DNA from: an uncultured Gemmatimonadaceae bacterium
GTDB lineage: Bacteria > Gemmatimonadota > Gemmatimonadetes > Gemmatimonadales > Gemmatimonadaceae
Assembly (NCBI GenBank): GCA_963740355.1
Contig: CAVUDW010000002.1
Span: 2,048,001-2,112,000 of the forward strand
Length of the DNA stretch: 64,000 nucleotides
Reading direction: 5' to 3'
The notes beneath the pieces were generated by a model. That model ran no database searches. It saw nothing but the letters and a program-made list of their open reading frames with translations, and had not been told where the DNA came from. How positions within the stretch are numbered: the first letter of the stretch is position 1; every line of letters starts with the position of its first letter. Below are positions 9,637 through 19,051 of the stretch, piece by piece. The position numbers and the translations under genes are program-made.

Positions 9637-10422
9637 ATGACCATTCTTTCAGCCGGAGTCTTGCGCGTGGCGCATCGTTTCAGTTTCACCGTGCTTGGTG
9701 TGGCTGCATTGCTCGCCGGATGCGGCACCAAGGACGCCACCGATCCGCTCATCCCGGGTTCGACCGGTCGCCTCCGTTTCGTGAACCTCATCACCGACAC
9801 GACGCGTGGTCGCGTGAACGCGATTCTCGAGTCGGTGCCGTTCGGCGTGAACCTCACCTACGGTGGCACCACGCCATCATCGCTGCCGTCGCCGGCGACC
9901 GCGATCTACTCGTCGATCCTGACGGGGTCGCGTTCGCTGGTGCTGAAGCGCACGATCGACACCACCGCCACCGTGGCAACATTCGCGCTGACGGTGGACA
10001 ACGCGGTGGATTACACCGTCTACGCGCTCGGTGGCGCATCCGCGTCGGCCATCACGTCGTTCGTGACGCCGGACACCAACACGGCGCCGGCCCTTGGCGC
10101 AGTGCGTGTGCGCGCGGTGCATCTGGCGCCGAGCGCGGGTAACGTCGATCTGTTCGTGACGGCGGTTGGTGCTGATCTCGCCGCTGCGACACCGGCGCTG
10201 GCGAACGTACCGTTCAAGGCCGCGGCCTACCTGTCGGTGCCGGCGGGGACGTATCAGGTGCGGGCGGTGCCGGCAGGCACGGCTCCCGCGCTTCGGTCGG
10301 CGAACGTGGCCATCAACCTCGCGTCGGTTGCGTTGCCAGCGAACGGCGCGCGGACGTTGATCGCCGCCGACAACGCTACGGGCGGCGCCCCGTACCGCTT
10401 CATCGCGCTGGTCGATCGCTGA
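9637..10422 (+). CDS. DUF4397-domain lipoprotein
   Basis: Lipobox LAGC; repeated 'RLRFVN' and 'RVRAVHLAPSAGNVDLFV...YLSVPAGTYQVRAVPAG' DUF4397-like motifs. Confidence 0.78.
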   Translation: MTILSAGVLRVAHRFSFTVLGVAALLAGCGTKDATDPLIPGSTGRLRFVNLITDTTRGRVNAILESVPFGVNLTYGGTTPSSLPSPATAIYSSILTGSRSLVLKRTIDTTATVATFALTVDNAVDYTVYALGGASASAITSFVTPDTNTAPALGAVRVRAVHLAPSAGNVDLFVTAVGADLAAATPALANVPFKAAAYLSVPAGTYQVRAVPAGTAPALRSANVAINLASVALPANGARTLIAADNATGGAPYRFIALVDR

Positions 10423-10446
10423 TCACTGCGCACCGGGTGTAGTACA

Positions 10447-10475
10447 AAGGGCCGTCCGACGTCTGGGCGGCCCTT
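10447..10475 (+). terminator. Hairpin terminator after the susC-susD-DUF4397 operon
   Basis: aagggccgtcc...gggcggccctt inverted repeat. Confidence 0.6.
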
Positions 10476-10618
10476 CGTGCGTGCACTGCTCCGGCGTTCC
10501 GACCCGCGTGACGGTGGCGGGACCTGTATCGTGCACCACCATGATGTGCATGCTTTCTGGGCGATCCGCGCCGAAAGATGCGGGGGCCGCAGTTCCATCC
10601 AGTGGTTAGGATTACGTC

Positions 10619-12283
10619 ATGCGACTCTCGTTGTTGATGGTTCTTTCATGCGTGGTGGCGACGCCTGGTCGTGCACATGGGCAGAGTCCTTCGGACTCGA
10701 CCATCGTCACCGGCACCGTGATTGGCGCCGACGGACGGGCGCCACGCCGCGCCGATGTGATGCTGATCCCTGTGCGTGCCACCGAGCGCGCGGTGCAGGC
10801 CCGCGTGGCGGCGAACGGCAGCTTCCGCCTTGCAATCGCCGGCGGTGGTCCATTCCGGTTGCGGGCCGCTGGTGTGGGCTATCTCGCCTTCCAGCGTTCG
10901 CTTCCCATCACCTCCGCCACCACCCTCAACGTCTCGGTGACGCTGGCTGGTTTTCCGACCGGTCTGGCCAAGGGGCCGCTGGCCGGTGTGTCGAGCGAGC
11001 GGGATGCCGAGAAGCCACGAGAGGGCATGCCACCCGCGGTGCTGCTCGCGCGGAGCGAGGGCGGACGCCGGGTTGGGGTACTCCGCGCCAAGCGCGATAC
11101 GGTTGCCTACCGCGTCGTGGACATCACCGCCCGCCTCTACCTCCCGCCTGCAGGTGCCGCCGACTTTCGCTGGGCTGAGGACGGTGAGTACGACGGGCTT
11201 GCGATTGGAAAGGCGGGACAGGATGTGCAACTCGTCTACGACTCGACTGGTGTCGCGTTCGGCGGCGAGTCTGGCTTGCGTGTGCTCGATGGCCACCCGA
11301 TCGCGCCACTGGTCGCGCAGCTGGATTCGATCTTCGCCTACGAACCCACGAGGCGATGTGTGTTGTCGATCCAGGCACCACCGGTCAATGCATCCGACGC
11401 AGTCCTGCGTGATACCACGCTGGTCGCGCGCCTCGAACTGATCCGACGATTCCTGCGGGCAGAAGGGGAATGCCAGTCGAATCCCGCCCTGGGCGCAGCG
11501 GTGGTCGCACAGTTCACGCCCGGTTCGCCGCTCTGGCATCTCGACGATGTGATGCGTCGGCGCGTGTTGCTGAACGCAGCGCGACAGGCCGCAGGACAGC
11601 CGCGCTTCAACACACCGGAAGCCACTGCCACGGTGCGGGCCTTGTTCGACGCCAGTATCGCAGCGGCGCGCGACACGTCCGATCGCTTCGACCTGTACGT
11701 CGCGGCAGCCGAGACCTTCATGCCGGCGGACACGGTCAGCGCACAGGCGTACACGGCTCGTTTCGTGGCCGAGTCGTATGCGCACCCGCGTGTGCTGCCG
11801 CTGCTCCAGCTGACGGGCTACAACCGCGTGTTGCAGCCCGGTCGACGTGTGCCCGCCTTCCGGGTGCCGTCGCTGGAGAACGCCTCCGTGATGATCAGTG
11901 ACGTCTCGATGCGCGGAAAGGTCTACCTGCTGGATGTGTGGGCCACCTGGTGCGGAGACTGCATCGTCGAGCTGCCAGCACTTCGTGCACTGCACGAGAA
12001 ATACGGCAAGCGTGGCCTGACCGTGCTCTCGGTGTCGACGGACGAAGAGAAGGGAACTGTTGACCAGTTCCGGCGGATACGTGAGCCGATGCCCTGGACA
12101 CACGCGTGGGCCGGCGTCTCGCCGCAGGGAACGGGGCCGATTGCAGGCCTCGAGGTGACGTGGTTGCCGACGACGATCCTCGTCGGCAGGGATGGTCGCA
12201 TCCTGGCGCTCGCCCCCAAGCTCGAGTCGCCGGAATTCAGCGCGCTGGTCGAACAGGCGCTGCGCGCCACCGCGTCACGATGA
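10619..12283 (+). CDS. Secreted protein with a C-terminal TlpA/redoxin (thioredoxin-like) domain
   Basis: Signal peptide; carboxypeptidase-regulatory-like N-domain; 'RGKVYLLDVWATWCGDCIVELP' (CxxC) and cis-Pro 'LPTTILVGRDG'. Confidence 0.85.
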   Translation: MRLSLLMVLSCVVATPGRAHGQSPSDSTIVTGTVIGADGRAPRRADVMLIPVRATERAVQARVAANGSFRLAIAGGGPFRLRAAGVGYLAFQRSLPITSATTLNVSVTLAGFPTGLAKGPLAGVSSERDAEKPREGMPPAVLLARSEGGRRVGVLRAKRDTVAYRVVDITARLYLPPAGAADFRWAEDGEYDGLAIGKAGQDVQLVYDSTGVAFGGESGLRVLDGHPIAPLVAQLDSIFAYEPTRRCVLSIQAPPVNASDAVLRDTTLVARLELIRRFLRAEGECQSNPALGAAVVAQFTPGSPLWHLDDVMRRRVLLNAARQAAGQPRFNTPEATATVRALFDASIAAARDTSDRFDLYVAAAETFMPADTVSAQAYTARFVAESYAHPRVLPLLQLTGYNRVLQPGRRVPAFRVPSLENASVMISDVSMRGKVYLLDVWATWCGDCIVELPALRALHEKYGKRGLTVLSVSTDEEKGTVDQFRRIREPMPWTHAWAGVSPQGTGPIAGLEVTWLPTTILVGRDGRILALAPKLESPEFSALVEQALRATASR

Positions 12284-13116
12284 TCCGGCGACGGCTCGCG
12301 CTCGGGCTGGCCTGCAGCTTGGCAGTGTGCAGCATGTCTGCACCGGCGCTCGACGCACAGCCACGTGCACTGATCGGGAATGGCACCAAGCACGCGCGGG
12401 CGACGATCGAGGCGCTTGGCGGGTCGGGTGGCACTGCGCAGGTACTGCTGACGCTGAGCGTTGACGCAGGGTGGCATGTGTCGTGGCGCAATCCCGGTGA
12501 GACTGGCCTCCCGACACGATTCGCGTGGAGCCTGCCGACTGGTGTGTCGGTCGCAAGCGTGACGTGGCCTGTGCCAGTCGTCGCGTTCACGCCGGTGGGC
12601 ACGACACACACCCTGGAAGGTGAAGTGCCCTGGTTGGTCACTTTTCGGGTCGATAGTGCGAGCGCCGTGGATCGGTTGTTGGGTTTGACTCTGCGCTATG
12701 GTGTCTGCCGGGATGTTTGCATCCCCGAACAGCTGACCGTGCAGGGCGTGTTGCCGGCGCGTGGCACTGCGCAGCGCGGGCCGGTCGCGCCAGCACTCCA
12801 GGCACGGCTGGTGCGAGATGCTGGGACGATCGCCGCTCGTCGAATCTCACCGACGGCGCTCTGCCTCGTTGGCGCGGCACTCGCGTTGCGTGATTCGTTG
12901 CCCGTCATCGTGGCGGACTCCGGCAGTGGTGCCGACGCCGCCCAGCGTCTGCAACGTCGCGGCGACTTGCAAAGTCATGTATTTGTCATGAATATTCCGA
13001 AAGAGGCCACCTTCGCGACTGGGGCCATGCTGCTGGCGGTGCGTGGTGAATCGGGTGCCAACCTGCGACTCGATTTTCATCGAGCCGCGCCCGGCTGTCG
13101 GACGGCGTCGCGGTAG
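12280..13116 (+). CDS. DsbD N-terminal (DsbD-alpha-like) domain protein
   Basis: 'GWHVSWRNPGETGLPT...WP.P...YGVCRDVCIPE'; ATGA overlap with the TlpA gene. Confidence 0.8.
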   Translation: MIRRRLALGLACSLAVCSMSAPALDAQPRALIGNGTKHARATIEALGGSGGTAQVLLTLSVDAGWHVSWRNPGETGLPTRFAWSLPTGVSVASVTWPVPVVAFTPVGTTHTLEGEVPWLVTFRVDSASAVDRLLGLTLRYGVCRDVCIPEQLTVQGVLPARGTAQRGPVAPALQARLVRDAGTIAARRISPTALCLVGAALALRDSLPVIVADSGSGADAAQRLQRRGDLQSHVFVMNIPKEATFATGAMLLAVRGESGANLRLDFHRAAPGCRTASR

Positions 13117-13233
13117 GATGACGGTGCAGTGACCTGAGGCGCCAACCGATCTGTGGTGTGGCGCGTATTCTTGTGTTGCGGTGCCCAGTGAGCTGGGTAC
13201 TTCGCCTGCCTTCACCAAGACTCGGGAATCGCC

Positions 13234-16200
13234 ATGCGATCTGTTGTCCGTCTGTCTCTTCTGATTGGTGCCATGGGTACGGCGCTCGGCGCACAAGCGC
13301 CGATCGCGTCCCCGGGCGCGATCGATTCGGTGACCCTCGCTGCCATGCGCTGGCGAGCCATCGGCCCCGCCAACATGGGCGGACGCATCGCGGACGTCGA
13401 AGGCATCCCGTCGCCGTCGAAGACGTTCTACGTCGCCGCTGCCGGCGGTGGCATCTGGAAGACGACGAATGCCGGCACGACCTTCAAGCCGATCTTCGAG
13501 AATCAGCGCTGCATGTCGATGGGCGACATGGCGATTGCGCCGTCCGACACCAACACGATCTACGTCGGCACTGGTGAGCAGAATTCGCGCAACTCGATCT
13601 CGCCTGGCTGCGGCATCTTCAAGAGCACCGACGGCGGTCGCACCTGGAATTTCCTCGGCCTCAGCGAGACCGAGCATGTGGGACGCATTCAGGTGCATCC
13701 CCGCGACCCGAACACGGTCTACATGGCCGTCCTTGGTTCGGCCTGGAAGCCGAGCAAGGCGCGTGGCCTCTACAAGAGCACCGACGGCGGCAAGTCCTGG
13801 ACGATCGTGAAGTTCATCAGCGATCGCGCCGGCTTCATCGACGTGCAGCTCGATCCGACGAATCCCGACATCATCTGGGCTTCCAGCTACGAACGCATGC
13901 GCGGTCCGTACTTCCTGCAGAGCGGCGGCCCTGGCTCGGCGCTCTGGAAGTCCACCGACGCAGGCGCGACATGGACGAAAGTGACGGGCGGCGGATTCCC
14001 GGCCTCGAACCTCGGCCGCATCGAGATCGCGATCGCACGCTCGAATCCGAAGATCATGTACACGCAGGTCGAAGCCGACACGCTGCCGAATGCCGTCAAG
14101 GACGCGACCAAGAAGCCGCAGGCGAAGCTCAGTGGTCTCTATCGCAGCGAAGATGGGGGCGCGACGTGGGTGCGCACCAACACGGAAAACACGCGACCGT
14201 TCTACTACTCGCAGGTTCGCGTCGATCCGCGGAACGCCGATCGTGTGTATTGGTCGTCCACACCGGTGAAGGTGTCGGATGACGGCGGCAAGACGGCGCG
14301 CGACGCCACCGTTGGCATTCACGTCGATCACCACGCGATGTGGATCGACCCCAACGATCCCGAGCACTTCGTGGTCGGTGATGATGGTGGCGTGGCGCAG
14401 ACGTGGGACAAGGGCGGCAGCTACGATGTGATGAACACCATCAACATCGGCCAGTTCTACGCCGTCAGCTTCGACATGGCCCTCCCGTACAATGTCTGTG
14501 GCGGCTTGCAGGACAACGGCAGCTGGTGCGGTCCGAGCCGGCGTCCGCGCGGGCAGATCAGCAACGAAAGCTGGGTCTACATCAGTGGTGGCGATGGCTT
14601 CTACACGGCCAACGATCCCACCGATCCGAACATCGTCTACAGCGAGAGCCAGGGTGGCAACATCGGTCGCCTCAACATGGCCACCGGTGAGCGCACCAGC
14701 CTCGTGAAGCCGACCTGGCGTCCGCGGTACATGCAGTTCGAGGATTCCATCATCATCGAGCGCGGTGACACCACCAAGCCGGAGACGCCGGCACAGAAGC
14801 GTCGCATTGCGGCGCTCCGTGCGCAGCAGGTCTCCGACTCCACTGCATTCGACATGCGCTGGAACTGGAACACGCCGTTCTTCCTCTCACCGCACAACCC
14901 GTCGGTGTTCTATGCCGGCGCCAATCGTGTGGTGAAGTCCACCGAGCGCGGCGACGACCTCCGGGTGATCTCCCCCGACCTCACGGTGCGTGACACGATG
15001 AAGATCCGTGTCAGCACGAAGACCACCGGCGGCATCACGCTCGACGCGACCGGAGCCGAGACCTTCGGCACGATCACCGCGCTCAACGAGTCACCGATTC
15101 GTCCCGGCCTGCTGTACGCCGGCACCGATGACGGCAACGTCTGGCTGACGCGCAACGATGGCGCCACCTGGGAGAAGATTCCGGGCACGCGCTTCGCCGG
15201 CCTGCCGGCCGAGTCGTATGTCAGCCGCATCGAGCCGTCGCACCACGACTCGGCGACGTTCTACATCACGTTCGATGATCACCGTCGCGGCAACTTTACA
15301 CCCTACGTCTACGCCACGCGTGACTTTGGTGCGTCGTTCACCAGTCTCGCGGCCACGCTGCCCACGGGTGGCCCGGACTTCGTGCACGTGATCCGCGAGG
15401 ATCTCGAAAATCCTGACCTGCTCTTCCTCGGCACGGATGTGGGTGCCTTCGTCTCCACGAACCGTGGCCAGAGCTGGCAGAAGTTCATGACCGGCCTGGC
15501 GACCGTGCCGGTGCATGACCTGCAGATTCACCCGCGGGATCACGAGCTGATCGCCGCGACGCATGGTCGCGCCATCTACATCGTGGACATCGCGCCGCTG
15601 CAGCAGCTGACGCCGGCCACGCTGGCGAAGAAGGTGCACCTGTTCGCACCGCGCACGACGTACGCCATGGGGCAGGCACCTGATGCCGCCGGCAGCGCAG
15701 GTGGCGGCAATGGCCACAAGCGATTCGTCGCCAACTCACCGCAGTACGGCGCCGAGATCGCGTACCGCATCGCCGAGGCACAGCCTGGCAAGCGCGCGCA
15801 GATCGTGATCACGGATGCGGCCGGTGACACCATGCGGACGCTCAATGGCCCAGGGTCGGTCGGTGTGCACCGCGTGATCTGGGACATGCGCGGCAAGCGT
15901 CCGGCGGCCAAGCCGCTCTCGCCGGCCGAAAAGCGCGACAGCGTGAAGTCGATGGTTCGCATCGCGCAGATCTTCGACTCGCTGCAGGTATCTGGGATGG
16001 ACAGCAGTGTCGTTCGATTCGCGCGCAACGCGATGATGTCGGGTCGGACGGCAGAGTTGCTCGAACAGTTCGGTGGTGGTGGTGGTGGCGGCGGTGGTGC
16101 CGGCGCGGCGCAGGCTGCGGGCATCCCGCGGTTCGTCGACCGGCCGGGTGAAGGGGCCGCGGCCGGCGCGGGTGCTGGTCGGGGGCCAGGCGGTCGTGCC

Positions 16201-16509
16201 GGCGGGGCGGGTGCGCCGACTGGGGAAGGGGCACCCGCCGGGGCCGGCGGACCTCCGAATGCGGGCGCAATGCAGCAGATTTTTGCCGCGTTCCGGGGCA
16301 TGCAGGACGGTCCGCTGGGACGGGGCGCGCGCGGTGGCGCCGGTGGGCCGCTGGTGAAGACGGGCGAGTACCTCGTCACCTTCACCTACGGCGACGAGAA
16401 GCAGAAGCAGGTGCTGCGGGTCGAGCGCGTCGGTGGGATCACCGGTGTGCAGGGCTTCGGCGGCGAGGAAGGCGATGACGACCGCGAAGACGATGGGCAC
16501 GCTCGCTGA
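13234..16509 (+). CDS. VPS10/BNR (Asp-box) repeat beta-propeller protein, glycosyl-hydrolase-like
   Basis: 'WRAIGPANMGGRI', many 'KSTDGG.TW' Asp-boxes, 'GGLQDNGSW', 'GGDGF', 'ATHGR'; Gly-rich C-terminal region. Confidence 0.88.
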   Translation: MRSVVRLSLLIGAMGTALGAQAPIASPGAIDSVTLAAMRWRAIGPANMGGRIADVEGIPSPSKTFYVAAAGGGIWKTTNAGTTFKPIFENQRCMSMGDMAIAPSDTNTIYVGTGEQNSRNSISPGCGIFKSTDGGRTWNFLGLSETEHVGRIQVHPRDPNTVYMAVLGSAWKPSKARGLYKSTDGGKSWTIVKFISDRAGFIDVQLDPTNPDIIWASSYERMRGPYFLQSGGPGSALWKSTDAGATWTKVTGGGFPASNLGRIEIAIARSNPKIMYTQVEADTLPNAVKDATKKPQAKLSGLYRSEDGGATWVRTNTENTRPFYYSQVRVDPRNADRVYWSSTPVKVSDDGGKTARDATVGIHVDHHAMWIDPNDPEHFVVGDDGGVAQTWDKGGSYDVMNTINIGQFYAVSFDMALPYNVCGGLQDNGSWCGPSRRPRGQISNESWVYISGGDGFYTANDPTDPNIVYSESQGGNIGRLNMATGERTSLVKPTWRPRYMQFEDSIIIERGDTTKPETPAQKRRIAALRAQQVSDSTAFDMRWNWNTPFFLSPHNPSVFYAGANRVVKSTERGDDLRVISPDLTVRDTMKIRVSTKTTGGITLDATGAETFGTITALNESPIRPGLLYAGTDDGNVWLTRNDGATWEKIPGTRFAGLPAESYVSRIEPSHHDSATFYITFDDHRRGNFTPYVYATRDFGASFTSLAATLPTGGPDFVHVIREDLENPDLLFLGTDVGAFVSTNRGQSWQKFMTGLATVPVHDLQIHPRDHELIAATHGRAIYIVDIAPLQQLTPATLAKKVHLFAPRTTYAMGQAPDAAGSAGGGNGHKRFVANSPQYGAEIAYRIAEAQPGKRAQIVITDAAGDTMRTLNGPGSVGVHRVIWDMRGKRPAAKPLSPAEKRDSVKSMVRIAQIFDSLQVSGMDSSVVRFARNAMMSGRTAELLEQFGGGGGGGGGAGAAQAAGIPRFVDRPGEGAAAGAGAGRGPGGRAGGAGAPTGEGAPAGAGGPPNAGAMQQIFAAFRGMQDGPLGRGARGGAGGPLVKTGEYLVTFTYGDEKQKQVLRVERVGGITGVQGFGGEEGDDDREDDGHAR

Positions 16510-16543
16510 GCGGCGCCCAGCCTACACAGCCACAGGGGTATGA

Positions 16544-17953
16544 ATGAGTGAACGACTGGTAGCCTCACCGTTGCAGGCAGGTGCATTGGCAGGCGCAGGT
16601 GGGGCACCAGAGATCGTGGATGTGAAGACCATTCGACAGGTGGTGATCGCCTCGTCGGCCGGGACCGTGATCGAGTGGTACGACTTCTTTGTGTTCGGGA
16701 CTCTGGCGCCGATCCTGGCGCCATTGTTCTTCCCGAGTTCGAGCGAGACGGCGGCATTTCTCAACACACTGGCCACGTTCGGCGCAGGCTTCGCGGTTCG
16801 ACCGCTCGGTGCCCTCGTCTTCGGGCGCATCGGCGACATGGTGGGCCGCAAGTATGCGTTCATGGTCACGCTGCTGATCATGGGGGCCGCGACCGCGGCG
16901 ATCGGCTTGTTGCCGACAGTGGCGTCGGTCGGCATCGCGGCGCCGATCATGCTGGTTGCCCTTCGGTTGATGCAGGGGCTCGCACTCGGCGGCGAATACG
17001 GGGGCGCGGCGATCTATGTCGCGGAGCACTCGCCGCCGCATCGGCGCGGGTACTTCACATCGTTCGTACAAGCGACGGCGACGCTCGGGTTACTCGTATC
17101 GCTGGTGGTGATCCTCGGCGTGCGTGCGGCGATGAGCGAGGCGGCGTTCAAGGAGTGGGGCTGGCGCATCCCGTTCCTGCTCTCGGCGTTGCTGGTGGTG
17201 ATGTCGTACTACATCCGCCGACGCATGCAGGAGTCGCCCGTCTTCCAGAAGATGAAGGCGGAAGGCACGGTGAGCCGGATGCCGATTCGCGAGGCGTTCG
17301 GCACCTGGGAGCGCTGGAAGATCTTCCTGTCGGTGCTCTTCGGTGTGGTGGCAGGGCAGGCGGTCGTGTTCTACACCGGCCAATTCTTCGCCCTCTTCTT
17401 CATCCAGAAGGTCCTCAAGCTGTCGTTGACGCAGTCGTACGTCGCGGTGGCCCTGGGGATCGTGATCGGTACACCGTTCTATCTGGTGAGTGGCGCGCTG
17501 TCGGATCGCATTGGCCGCAAGCGCATCATCATCGGCGGCCTGTTCCTCACAGCGCTGACGCTGTATCCGATCTATCGCGGGATGATGTGGGCGGGCGGTC
17601 CGATCACGGGCGTGGGTGCGGCAGCGACGGCGTTGCACCCGAACATCCCGGTGCTGGCCTTGCTGGTGGCAGCGCAGGTGTTTCTGGTGACGCTGTCGTA
17701 CGGCCCGATGGCGGCGTTCCTCGTCGAGAGTTATCCGGCGCGGATTCGCTACACCTCGATGTCCTTGCCGTACCATCTTGGCAATGGATGGTTTGGTGGC
17801 TTTACGCCACTTATTGCCGCCTCGATGGTGGCTGCCTACACCAGCCCGTATGCCGGCCTGGTGTACCCGATTGCGGTGTGCACGATCGGTGGCATCATTG
17901 GACTGATCTTCGTCCGAGAGCCGGACCCGCACCGCGCCAACGACACCGACTGA
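16544..17953 (+). CDS. MFS transporter, metabolite:H+ symporter (MHS) family
   Basis: 'GTVIEWYDF', 'RPLGALVFGRIGDMVGRK', 'RLMQGLALGGEYGGA', 'WGWRIPFL', 'ESPVF'. Confidence 0.93.
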   Translation: MSERLVASPLQAGALAGAGGAPEIVDVKTIRQVVIASSAGTVIEWYDFFVFGTLAPILAPLFFPSSSETAAFLNTLATFGAGFAVRPLGALVFGRIGDMVGRKYAFMVTLLIMGAATAAIGLLPTVASVGIAAPIMLVALRLMQGLALGGEYGGAAIYVAEHSPPHRRGYFTSFVQATATLGLLVSLVVILGVRAAMSEAAFKEWGWRIPFLLSALLVVMSYYIRRRMQESPVFQKMKAEGTVSRMPIREAFGTWERWKIFLSVLFGVVAGQAVVFYTGQFFALFFIQKVLKLSLTQSYVAVALGIVIGTPFYLVSGALSDRIGRKRIIIGGLFLTALTLYPIYRGMMWAGGPITGVGAAATALHPNIPVLALLVAAQVFLVTLSYGPMAAFLVESYPARIRYTSMSLPYHLGNGWFGGFTPLIAASMVAAYTSPYAGLVYPIAVCTIGGIIGLIFVREPDPHRANDTD

Positions 17954-18109
17954 GCGCGCCGAAGCGGGCGCTGGCCGCAGGATAGGGGTTCCGGCGGCGC
18001 TGCGTGTCCAGTGCGCAGGGAAGAGGCGTCGTCACCGGCTACGTGCCGGGAGACTCGTCGCATTTGGCGCATTTTCGATTCACGAACTCAGCGTGAACTG
18101 AACAGCGCG

Positions 18110-18127
18110 TCGAGTTCATGAACTCGA
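18110..18127. promoter_or_regulatory. Perfect 18-bp palindrome TCGAGTTCATGAACTCGA, candidate activator binding site
   Basis: Exact palindrome surrounded by further TGAAC/GTTCA half-sites. The core GTTCATGAACTC recurs at 20673-20684. Confidence 0.55.
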
Positions 18128-18279
18128 TGGCGTTCACGGTCGGTTCATAAAGCGTGACTATATCACCATGCGGGCTTGCAGTTTCGCGTGGCAGGTTTGG
18201 TGGATGGTGCGCGTGTCGATGTGACCGCACACGTCTCCGTCCGTCCAGTAGGGAGACGTTAGGAATTGCTGATATTTCA

Positions 18280-18294
18280 TGGCCCGCAGTTTGC
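18280..18294 (+). promoter_or_regulatory. Sigma-54 (-24/-12) promoter candidate TGGCCCG-N4-TTGC
   Basis: GG and GC are 12 nt apart, matching TGGCACG-N4-TTGC; 80 nt upstream of ATG 18374. Confidence 0.6.
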
Positions 18295-18373
18295 GTAGCG
18301 CTGTGCGCGTATCGATCAGGCCGTGTATTGGATCGCTGCTCGAAGGAATACTTCACCACCTCGGGAGTTGTAC

Positions 18374-19051
18374 ATGATTGCAGGAGTGCTGGCGCTGATG
18401 CTGGTGACTGCGGATACGACGACGCGATATACGCCCGTCGATCTGGACACACTGTCGAGTGTCGTCGTCGCGGTCGAGAGCCTGCCGGCCGTTGCGCCGA
18501 TCGTGCTGGACGCCCCGCTGGTGCAGCACGCGCTGCCCGCCTACGACGCCACCCTGTACCAGCCCCGGCTCACCTGGGCGCAGCCTGACACCACGGTCAA
18601 GAAGAAGAAGCGGGTCCTGGTCGAGTACTCGGACTGGTATGGTCGCCGCCTCGCGATCCACCGCACGCTGACCTGGGCGATGATCCCGCTCTTCGCCGTG
18701 TCGTATTACACCGGCGAGCGCCTTGCCCGCGACGGTCGTGTCAACTCCCCGTATGCCGTCCGCGCACTGCATCCGTACGCGGCGACGGGTGCGGCGGCCG
18801 TCTTCGGCGTCAACACCGTCACCGGGGTCTGGAACCTCTGGGCGGGTCGGCACGATCCCGAGGGCCGGAAGCGGCGCTTCCTCCACTCGATCCTCTTCAT
18901 GGTGGCCGATGCAGGATTCGCCTACGCCGGCTCGATCGGTGAGCAGGCGCGCGACAACAGCGAGATCCGCGACAAGCACCGCACCATCGCCCTGTCGTCG
19001 ATGGGCGTCAGCTACGTCAGCATGATGATCATGCTCCTGGGGGGCAAGTAA
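18374..19051 (+). CDS. Membrane protein with four His-bearing hydrophobic helices (possible b-type cytochrome)
   Basis: GGGAG RBS before ATG 18374. Helices begin with LAIHRT, RALHPY, RFLHSI and RDKHRT. Confidence 0.65.
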   Translation: MIAGVLALMLVTADTTTRYTPVDLDTLSSVVVAVESLPAVAPIVLDAPLVQHALPAYDATLYQPRLTWAQPDTTVKKKKRVLVEYSDWYGRRLAIHRTLTWAMIPLFAVSYYTGERLARDGRVNSPYAVRALHPYAATGAAAVFGVNTVTGVWNLWAGRHDPEGRKRRFLHSILFMVADAGFAYAGSIGEQARDNSEIRDKHRTIALSSMGVSYVSMMIMLLGGK

